DNA from: Mobula birostris | Taxonomy: Eukaryota | Assembly: GCF_030028105.1 (NCBI RefSeq) | Contig: NC_092379.1 | Coordinates: 18,949,309 to 19,013,308, forward strand | Length of the DNA stretch: 64,000 nt | Reading direction: 5' to 3' | Shown: piece by piece, positions 39,314 through 49,434 of the stretch | Numbering within the stretch: the first letter of the stretch is position 1 | Layout: each line of letters opens with the position of its first letter | The notes under the pieces: model-generated | Seen by the model: the letters and a program-made list of their open reading frames with translations, nothing else | Told to the model about the DNA's origin: nothing | Database searches by the model: none | Translations under genes and position numbers: made by a program

Positions 39314-39530
39314 CAGTCTGCTGGTGATCATGTCTTCACCTCTGTTGCTGACTGGACCCAGAGTCCTCACCCCATCTTCTCTCTTCCTCTGTCCAGCTGC
39401 CAGGTGACACTGAATCCCTGTAAATCACTGTGAACCACCTCATACAGAATGGCTGTTGTCCTCTTCGTCCAGATCTCTTCAAATGAAGGTTTACTTAAAG
39501 TGACTGAGGGGTGGGTATGTGAACAGCCAT
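39314..39530 (-). pseudogene. Truncated CH5 pseudo-exon
   Basis: 5' two-thirds of CH5; canonical Cys changed to Tyr (TGT>TAT), 1-nt deletion leading to TGA, fused to pre-CH3 intron sequence. Confidence 0.88.
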
Positions 39531-39986
39531 CTGGGAGAAATTATTATTTCACCATTCCCCAATGGCTGAGTTTGTCACTGACAAGACCAGTATTTCCTGT
39601 TCATCTCTGTTCAACGATATGCCAGTCCCAAGAAGATGAGATGAGAATAATGTACATTGGTGAAGAAATGAATCTCCCCTGTTGAGCAGACAGGGTAAAC
39701 ACCCTGAGGGAAAGTAAATGAACAAGATTGACCATCACATTGTTTTTGCAGTTTCATGGTCGCTTAACTGTTACCGGACGCTTTTTAAAACAAATACAGA
39801 AAATACCCAGAATTTCAGTGTGTGTCTGTGGAATTGGAAATGGAGTAAATTTCATGTAAAAAATTCCACAAAATTCACTTCTTATTTCAAGTTTTAAGTA
39901 TGAGAAATATTTAGTTTTTGTTACAAATATTAAAATGCACTTTTTTTCTCCATTAGGTGTATCTAAAATTTGCTGCTGCTTTGTCA

Positions 39987-41931
39987 TCGGGCCAACTCAG
40001 AGCAAGACAGCACCATTGAAAACTATAACAGGCGAGACCATCAATGACAAAGGCAAGTAGATGGAGAGATGGGTGGAGCATTACTTTGAACTCTTCTCCA
40101 GAGAAAACAGCATTTCAGACAGCACGCTAGATGCTGTGGAATGCCTGCCTGTCATGGAGGAACTTGATGCATTGCCGACTGCCGAAGAGTTGAGTAAAGC
40201 CATCGACAGCCTGCCCACTGGGAAGGCACCAGGATTGGGTGGCATTTCACCAGAGGCCATCAAATGTGCAAAGGGTGTCCTGCTAAACCACCTGCATAAA
40301 CTACTGTGCCAGTGCTGGATAGAGGGAGCAGTGCCACAAGACATGGGAGACTGCAACGTTGTCACCATATATGGGAACAAAGGGGACAGAAGAGACTATA
40401 ACAACTTCAGGGGAATCTCCTTGCTGAGCACCGTTGGGAAGGTCTTCGCCCGTGTGGTCCTGAACAGACTGCAGAAAATAGCCAAAAGGGTATATCCCGA
40501 GTCTCAGTGCAGTTTCAAGTCAGAACGCTCCACAATCGACAGGATCTTCTCCCTTTGACAATAACAAGAGAAATTGCAGAGAGCAAAGACAAACACTCTA
40601 CGTCTCTTTCATTGACCTTACGAAGGCCTTCGACCTTGTGAGCAGAGACGGCCTGTTCAAAATCCTTGCCAGGATTGGTTGTACCCCGAGGCTCCTCAGG
40701 ATAGTTCAGTCATTCCACACAGACATGAAGAGCATTATTCAGTTTGACGGCTCTTCTTCGGAGGCCTTCAACATCCACAGCGGTGCGAAACAAGGCTGTG
40801 TGCTTGCCCCCACCCTGTTTGGCATCTTCTTCGTAGTCATGCTGAAGCACGCCTTTGGAACATCAACTGATGGTATCTACCTCCACACCAGATCGGACTG
40901 GAGGCTGTTCAGTCTGTCCCGGCTGAGGGCGAAAGCCAAGGTTCGTTAAGTACTCATCAGGGACATGTTGTTTGCAGACGACGTGGCACTGACAACACGC
41001 TCTGAAGAGCAATTGCAACGCCTCATGGACAGCTTCTCAAGAGCTGCCAGGATTTCAGCTTGACCATCAGCCTGAAGAAGACCAACATGTTGGGCCAAGG
41101 CGTTGAGCACCCCTTGCCATTACCATCAACAACTACGAGCTGGAGGTAGTTCACAAGTTTACATTTCTAGGCTCCACCATCACGGACAGTCTCTCCCTAG
41201 ACCCCGAGATCAACAGATGGATTGGACGAGCAGCCTCAACATTCACCAGGCTGACAAAGGGAGTCTGAAAGAACAGAAAGCTGATGACGCACACCAAGGT
41301 TGCAGTCTACAGGGCCTACATCCTCAGCACACTGCTTTACGGCAGTGAGACCTGGAGCCTCTACTACAGACAAAAGAGGCGTCTCAATGCTTTCCACCTT
41401 CGCAGCCTGAGATCCATCCTGGACATCAAGTGGACTGACCTAGTCACCAACAATTAGGTCCTGGCCCACGCCCAGATACCCAGCCTCTTCACCCTGCTAC
41501 AACAACGCTGTCTCCGCTGGCTGGGCCACGTACACCGCATGTCAGACGGGAGGATCCCGAAAGACCTGCTGTATGGGGAACTGGCCTCCGGCAAGAGAGC
41601 ACAAGGGTGACCCCATCTTCGTTTCAAAGATGTCTGCAAGAGAGACATGAAGTCACTGAACATGAACGTCGAGAGGTGGGAAATCTACGCAGAGGTCTAA
41701 AAAGAGGAGAGAGAAGCTGAGGCTTGCTGCTGAAGAAAAGTGCACTCGTCGGAAAAACAGCACCAAGACAATACTAGAGGACAGTGCCTTCAAGTGCAGT
41801 CGCTGCCGCTGAGACTGTCACTCCCGTGTGGGCCTCTACAGTCACAACAGACACTGCTCTACCAACACAGACTAAAGCAATACATTCCGGGCGCAGATCC
41901 AAGGTCTCGCGAGACTAACGGATGCCACCAA
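39987..41931 (+). mobile_element. 5'-truncated RTE-clade LINE with stops, inserted in module 3
   Basis: RT peptides (NFRGISLLSTVGK, KQGCVLAPTLF, LFADD). TSD TTGTCA at 39981-39986 and 41932-41937; empty site TTTGTCAGAATG in sister modules. Confidence 0.88.
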
Positions 41932-42764
41932 TTGTCAGGATGTTGTGTGTTCAAGCCGCCCTCCAGAGACGCATTGACCAGGCTGACTATTCCCACACAG
42001 GAGCAGAGGGAGAGCTACTCTGCTGGAAATTCAGTCACAACTGAGGCACTAATTGGAGGCTGGGATTATGTTCAAAGGTAGAGGGAGGGAGAATTTTGAA
42101 GACAAGTATCAGGAATCTCCAGAGTGCCTGTCAGTGAAATGATCCGGATTCCCCTCAAGTTATGAAAGTATTTTCCGGGATACAATTATTTCTTTGGTGA
42201 AAGTCTGGATTATGTTGGCTGAAAGTGGAAAACAAACCTAAGAGGGGATAATTTTATCACCTAAGCAGATTAAAAAGATGAAGACTTGACACCAAAAGTG
42301 AAGGCCGAACTGCCGTTCATCTTACTACTCTATGAGGCTTGACTCGCCTCAGCACTGAACTGACTCTGCGGCTGTGGCCTGCAGCCATCGGTCTCCTGGA
42401 CCGGTTGCAGTGCTGAACTGGCAACCTGGCTGTGGATTTACTTCAGGGGGCTCTGCGGTTCAGGTTCTGTCAATTGCTTTTTTGAATATTTTTATTGTTT
42501 GCACAATTTGTTCTTTTTTTTTCACACATTGGATGTTTGACCCTGAATTCTATTGTATTTCGTTGTTTTGTGGCTGCCTGCAAGAAGAGAATCTCAAGGT
42601 TGTATATGGTGCACAGACTTTGATAATAAATGTACTTTGTACTTTGAACTTTATCAGTTCACTCACATAACTAAACCAGAACTACACTGTGAATTTAGTG
42701 TTGACCTTGACTTCATAGCACAATGTAAACAATTTCAATAATGTGCTGAGTCCCAGGACCCTAC

Positions 42765-43082
42765 CTTGGATGTTTTTCACTTGCTTCTTGATACGAGTGT
42801 TGGAGGGGGGATGAGTCACTGTACAGCTGAAGACTGATTCTGTCTTCCATTCCTGTAAACTCACGGTCAGGAAGTGTCTGGCACTGAAAGTCCACCCCTG
42901 CTCCAGAGCGGTCGGTGTCGCGCTGGTATTGGAGGTGATCACGGTGCTGCCCTTCTCCCAGGTGACACTTATTTGGTCCGGGTAGAATGCAGAGACCACA
43001 CACTCCAGTGTGACCGTTTTCCTATTCTTGGTCTCTTCTTGAGGTGGAGGCAGCAGACTGACCTTGGGACCTTTTATCTCGA
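42765..43082 (-). CDS. IgW: IgW CH4 copy 3
   Basis: 318 nt, open, CCAG|TC...CAAG|GTAGGG. Confidence 0.93.
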
Positions 43083-43169
43083 CTGGAATAGACAAGAAAA
43101 GAAAGGAAATGTCAACATTTTTGCCCAGGTAACTAATGCTGGCCATTTAATCACTGGTCTCTTGCCCAC

Positions 43170-43472
43170 CTTTGGTAGTATTGGTCCGTGCTGACACTCG
43201 GGAAGATGAAGGAGATTCCTGAGCAGAGCACTCGTACTCCACCCCACTGAACCACTCCTCCACACTGATCTGGAGTTCACTGAGGACTCTGTATCGAATC
43301 CCGTCCGTCTGCGGTGGTTGTTCGAAAACACCTTTAGTTTTCTCCTTCCCGTCCACATGCCAAAAGATGTGGATATATTCTGGATCTGTACAGATAACTG
43401 TGCACTTCACGGTAGCAGACTTGTCGATCCACATCTCTTCAATGTCGGGATTTTGAATAAAGACAGACAATT
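43170..43472 (-). CDS. IgW: IgW CH3 copy 3
   Basis: 303 nt, open, CACAG|AA...AAAG|GTGGGC. Confidence 0.93.
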
Positions 43473-43614
43473 CTGTGGGTTAGAAATGGAAATGCTCAGA
43501 ATCTTACTGGAGATATTTCTATTGGTTGTGTTAGGTCCAGGCAGATCGTCAGTACGTGACAGATGCATTTAATGCAAACAGAATAACAGAAACACCCAGG
43601 GCTGAATCACTTGG

Positions 43615-43831
43615 CAGTCTGCTGGTGCTCATGTCTTCACCTCTGTTGCTGACTGGACCCAGAATCCTCACCCCATCCTCCCTCTTCCTCTGTCCAGCTG
43701 CCAGGTGACACTGAATCCCTGTAAATCACTGTGAACCACCTCATACAGAATGGCTGTTGTCCTCTTCGTCCAGATCTCTTCAAATGAAGGTTTACTTAAA
43801 GTGACTGAGGGGCAGGTATCTGAACAGCCAT
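43615..43831 (-). pseudogene. Truncated CH5 pseudo-exon
   Basis: Same lesions and same junction as 39314-39530. Confidence 0.88.
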
Positions 43832-45166
43832 CTGGGAGAAATTATTATTTCACCATTCCCCAATGGCTGAGTTTGTCACTGACAAGACCAGCATTTCCTG
43901 TTCATCTCTGGTCAACGATATGCCAGTCCCAAGAAGATGAGATGAGAATAATGTACATTGGTGAAGAAATGAATCTCCCCTATTGAGCAGACAGGGTAAA
44001 CACCCTGAGGGAAAGTAAATGAACAAGATTGACCATCACATTGTTTTTTCAGTTTCATGGTGACTTAACTGTTACCAGACACTTTTTAAAACGAATACAG
44101 AAAATAGCATTTCAGAGTGTGTCTGTGGAATTGGAAATGGAGCAAATTTTCACGGAAAAAAATTCCACAAAATACACTTCATATTTCAAATTTTAAGTAT
44201 GAGAAATATTTAGTTTTTGTCCTAAATAATAAAATGCACTCTTTTTGTCTATCAGGTGTAACTAACATTTGCTGCTGCTTTGTCAGAATGTAGTGTGTTC
44301 AATCCACCCTCCAGGGGCTTCTACACATTGTCCAGGCTGACTATTCCCACACAGGAGCAGAGGGAGAGCTGCTCTGCTGGAAATTCAGTCACAACTGAGG
44401 CACTGATTGGAGGCTGGGATTATGTTCAATGTCAGAGGGAGAGAACGTTTTGAAGACAAATATCAGGGATCTCCAGAGTGCCTGTCCAGTGAAATGATCC
44501 GGATTCCCCTTAAGTTAGGATAGTATTTTCTGGGATACAATTATTTCTATGGTGAAAGTCTGGATTACGTTGGCTGAAAGTAGAGAACAAACCCAAGACT
44601 GGCTGATTCTATCACCCAGCCAGATTAAAAAAGATGAAGACATTGACAAAAAAACATGAAGGCCGAACTGCTGCTCATCTCACTACTCTCTGAGACTTCA
44701 CTTGCCCCAGCACTGAACTGACTATGCAGCTGCGGACGCAGCCATCGGCACTCACCTCAGCACTGAGCCTGGCTCCACGGCCGTGGCCTGCAGCCATCGG
44801 TCTCCTGGACCGGTTGCAGTGCTGAACTGGCAACGTGGCTGTGGATTTACTTCAGGGGGCTCTGCGGTTCAGTTTCTGTGGATTGTTTGTTTGAATTTTT
44901 TTATTGTTTGCACAATTTGTTTTTTTCACACATTGGATGTTTGACTCTGAATTCTATTGTGTTTCTTTGTTTTGTGACTGCCTGCAAGAAGAGAATCTCA
45001 AGGTTGTATATGGTGCACATTCTTTGATAATAAATGTACTTTGTACCTTGAACTTTATCAGTTCACTCACAAAACTAAACCAGGGCTGTACCGTGATTTA
45101 TATTGACCTTGAATTCATATCACAATGTAAACAATTTCATGAATGGGCTGAGTTCCAGGACCCTAC

Positions 45167-45484
45167 CTTGGACATTCTTCACCTGCTTCTTGATACGAGT
45201 GTTGGAGGGGGGATGAATCACTGTACAGCTGAAGACTGATTCTGACTTCCACTCCTGTAAACTCACGGTCAGGAAGTGTCTGGACCTGAAAGTCCACCCC
45301 TGCTCCAGAGCGGTCGGTGTAGCCCTGGTGTTGGAGGTGATCACGGTGCTGCCTTTCTCCCAGATGACATTTATTTGGTCCGGGTAGAATCCGGAGACCA
45401 CACACTCCAGTGTGGCCGTTTTCCTATTCTTGGTCTCTTCCTGTGATGGAGGCAGCAGAGTGACCTTGGGACTTTTTATCTCGA
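45167..45484 (-). CDS. IgW: IgW CH4 copy 2
   Basis: 318 nt, open, GCCAG|TC...CAAG|GTAGGG. Confidence 0.93.
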
Positions 45485-45571
45485 CTGGCATAGACAAGAA
45501 AAGAAAGGAAATGTCAACATTTTTACCCAGGTCACGAATGCTGGCCACTTAACCGCTGGTCTCTTACCCAC

Positions 45572-45874
45572 CTTTGGTACTATTGGTGCGTGCTGACACT
45601 GGGGAAGATGAAGGAGATTCCTGAGCAGAGCACTCGTACTCCACCCCACTGAACCACTCCTCCACACTGATCTGGAGTTCGCTGAGCACTCTATATCGGG
45701 ACCCGTCCCTCTCCGCTTGATGGGTGTGAATTCCTTTAGTTTTCTCCTTCCCGCCCACGTGCCATGAGATGCGGATATTTTCGGGATCTGTACAGATAAC
45801 CGTGCACTTCAAGGTAGTGGTCTTGTGGATCCACATCTCTTCAATGTTGGGATTTTGAATAAAGACAGCCAATT
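45572..45874 (-). CDS. IgW: IgW CH3 copy 2
   Basis: 303 nt, open, AACAG|AA...AAAG|GTGGGT. Confidence 0.93.
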
Positions 45875-46014
45875 CTGTTGATTAGAAATTGAAATGCTCA
45901 GAATCTTACTGGAGATATTTCCATTGGGTGTGTTAGGTCCAGGCAGATCATCAGTACATGACAGCTGCATTTAATGCAAACAGAATAACAGAAACACCCA
46001 GGGCTGAATCGTTA

Positions 46015-46239
46015 GTCAGTCTGCTGGTGATCATGTCTTCACCTCTGTTGCTGACTGGATGAGCGTCCTCACCCCATCTTCCCTCTTCTTTCCGTCCATC
46101 TGCCCAGGTGACACTGAATCCCTGTAATTAATTCACTGTGAACCACTTCACACAGAATGGTCACTGTCCTCTTTGTCCAGATCTCTTCGAAGGGAGGTTT
46201 GCTTAAAATAACTGAGGGGTTTGGTATCTGAACAGTCAT
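46015..46239 (-). pseudogene. Truncated CH5 pseudo-exon
   Basis: CH5 5' part with a +1 frameshift near the start (GATACCAAACCCC versus intact GATACCCGCCCC) and further indels; truncated at the same point. Confidence 0.88.
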
Positions 46240-47541
46240 CTGGGAGAAATGGCTCAATTATTATTTCACCATTTCCCAATGGACAAGTTTGTCACTGACA
46301 AGATCAGCATTTGCTGTTCATTTCTGGCCAATGATCTGCCAGTCCCATCAAGACGAGATGAGACCAATCTACATTGGTGAAGAAAGGAATCTCCCCTATT
46401 GAGCAGACAGGGTAAACACCCTGAGCAAATGTAAATGAACAAGGTTGGCCCTTACATTGTTTTTGCAGTTACATGGTCACTTAAACTATTACCAGCCACT
46501 TATTAAAACAAATACAGGAAATACCCAGCATTTCAAAGTGTGTCTGTGGAACGGGAAATGGAGCCAAGTTTCACATGAATATCTTCCAGAAAATACACTT
46601 CATATTTCAAAAATAAGTATTAGAAATATTTAATTTTTGTCACAAATATTTAAATGCACCTTTTTCTCTTTTAGGTGTAACTAAAATTTGGTGCTGCTTT
46701 GTCAGAATGTTGTGTGTTCAGGCCGCCCTCCAGAGGCTTCTACACATTGTCCAGGCTGACTATTCCCACACAGGAGCAGAGGGAGAGCTGCTCTGCTGGA
46801 AATTCCGTCATGACTGAGGCACTGATCGGAGGCTGGAATATTGTTCAAAGACAGACTGTCCAGTAAAATGGTCTGGATTCTCTTCAAGTGATGAGCCATT
46901 TTCAGAGATGCAATTGTTTCTATGGTGAAGCTTCTGGATTATGTTGGTTGAGAGCAGAAAACAAACCAAAGATTGGCTGATTTTATTACTGAGCCAGATT
47001 AAAAAGATTAATGCGTTGAGGGTGAAGGTGAAGTAGGAACCAATATTCAGCTCACTTCTCGATGAGGCTTCACTCGCCTCAGCACGGAACTGACTCTGCG
47101 GCTGTGGTCTGCAGCCATCGGCACTCACCTCAGCACTGAGCCTGGCTCCACGGCCGTGGCCTGCAGCCATCGGTCTCCTGGACCCGTTGCAGTGCTGAAC
47201 TGGCAACGTGGCTGTGGATTTACTTCAGGGGGCTCTGCGGTTCAGGTTCTGTAGATTGTTTGTTTGCATTTTTTTTATTGTTTGCACAATTTGTTTTTTT
47301 CACACATTGGATGGTTGACTCTGAATTCTATTGTATTTCTTTGTTTTGTGACTGTCTGCAAGAAGAGAATCTCAAGGTTGTATATGGTGCACATACTTCG
47401 ATAACAAATGTACTTTGTACTCTGAACTTTAATAGTTCACTCACAAAACTAAACCAGAACTACACCATGATTTAGTGTTTACTTTGAATTCATAGCACAA
47501 TGTAAACAATTTGAATAATGGGATGCGTCCCAGGACCCTAC

Positions 47542-47859
47542 CTTGGACATTCTTCACTTGCTTCTTGATACGGGTGTTGGAGGGGGGATGAATCACTGTA
47601 CAGCTGAAGACTGATTCTGTCTTCCATTCCTGTAAACTCACGGTCAGGAAGTGTCTGGCATTGAAAGTCCACCCCTGCTCCAGAGCGGTCGGTGTAGCCC
47701 TGGTGTTGGAGGTGATCACAGTGTTGCCTTTCTCCCAGATGACATTTATTTGGTCCGGGTAGAATCCAAAGATCACACACTCCAGCGTGGCCGTTTTCCT
47801 ATTCTTGGTCTCTTCCTGTGATGGAGGCAGCAGAGTGACCTTGGGACTTTTTATCTCGA
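47542..47859 (-). CDS. IgW: IgW CH4 copy 1
   Basis: 318 nt, open, CCAG|TC...CAAG|GTAGGG; IgNAR C3-like (PTALEQ, HPPS). Confidence 0.93.
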
Positions 47860-47946
47860 CTGGAATAGACAAGAAAAGAAAGGAAATGTCAACATTTTTG
47901 CCCAGGTCACGAATGCTGGCCACTTAACCGCTGGTCTCTTACCCAC

Positions 47947-48249
47947 CTTTGGTACTATTGGTGCGTGCTGACACTCGGGAAGATGAAGGAGATTCCTGAG
48001 CAGAGCACTCGTATTCCACCCCACTGAACCACTCCTCCACACTGATCTGGAGTTCACTGAGCACTCTGCATCGGGACCCGTCCCGCTCCGCTTGATGGGT
48101 GTGAACCCCTTTAGTTTTCTCCTTCCCGTCCACATGCCACGAGATGTGGATATTTTCAGGATCTGTACAGATAACTGTGCACTTCACGGTAGCAGTCTTG
48201 TCGATCCACATCTCTTCAATATCGGGATTTTGAATAAAGACAGCCAATT
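47947..48249 (-). CDS. IgW: IgW CH3 copy 1
   Basis: 303 nt, open, CACAG|AA...AAAG|GTGGGT; IgNAR C2-like (EEMWIDKTAT, SVEEW.SGVEY.CSA). Confidence 0.93.
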
Positions 48250-49289
48250 CTGTGGATTAGAAATTGAAATGCTCAGAATCTTACTGGAGATATTTCCATT
48301 GGTTGTGTCAAGTCCAGGCAGATCATCAGTACAGGACAGCTGCATTTAATGCAAACAGGATAACAGAAACACCCGGGGCTGAGTCACGTGCCTCATATTC
48401 CTATAAGTTTGATTGAGACAAGAAATTCAGAACAAAGGATGTGCTAACGAGGTTTCGAATCCCTTTCTAATAACCGTACAAATCAGTTTACTGTGAGACA
48501 GAGCTGGGTGAGACAGAGAAGCATGCAGATTTCTCAGCAGAGACACAGCACAGTATATTCTTTGCTTGGAGACTCAGTGCCATTGATTAGTAACAGTGAA
48601 CACTGTGAATCAATGAGAATCCCTTTCTCCATCTGGGCTGAGCCTGGGATTCACTCAGTTTAATAACTTCACATCCCGACATTCCAGTCTCACTGTGGCT
48701 GTGCCTCTCCTCATCTCTGCAACCTTCACCACCCACACAAACTTCAGACAACATCGTATCCTTTCAACTCTGCTCACTCATACACCTGCACTACTTCTGC
48801 TGGTGCCTGTGGTTTTAGCATTCTTGCTGACAAACACTGAAGCCTCTGTCTCACTTGAAATGAGCAGCCATGGTCAGAGTGTATCCATAAGTTAGGCACT
48901 GATGAACTGGCAAAGTGGGTTCAAATCCCAACCCGGTGGAAGGGAGTTTAAATTCAATTCAGAAACGTTTTTTGGAATAAAAAGAAGACTACGGAGGTAT
49001 TTGTAGTGTTATTCTCTGTGGTAATTTCTGGAGAGAAGTCTCATCTGGTCTGGCTGGTTTGTGACTCCAGACCTGCAGCAACACGGCTGGAGCTGAATCA
49101 CCATCAGGAATGAGGCAGCAAGTCCCTCAGTTCCAGAGAGATCAGTGATTGATGGGAAATGATAAATGAATAAAACAGCTCTTTGATCAACTGTTGGGTC
49201 ACCTGTCCTTTGGGTTAGAGTCAGTTTTGTGTGATTACACTCAAGTGAAGTTGTTGAGGTCATCTCCCAATGCACTATCGTCAGTTCAC

Positions 49290-49434
49290 TTACATTGCAG
49301 CTCCCTGCACTTTGTGTTCACCATTTACACACTCGGTCACCTTCAGGCCCGTGGGGTGTTTTTGCTCTTTGATATTTAGTGTGGAGGCTGATTGTGTTTG
49401 TGTCATGGCTGAGAACTTCAAGGAGATTCTTTGT
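49290..49434 (-). other. Candidate short-form secretory-tail exon after CH2 (copy A)
   Basis: Same acceptor as copy B; phase 1 gives DKESP-stop. A downstream AG gives AMTQTQSASTLNIKEQKHPTGLKVTECVNGEHKVQGAAM-stop. Confidence 0.3.

Noticed and set aside
39449-39685. Repeated 78-aa plus-strand ORF (also 43750-43986) and other antisense ORFs over CH exons
   Set aside because: Shadows of the duplicated minus-strand exons and pseudo-exons.
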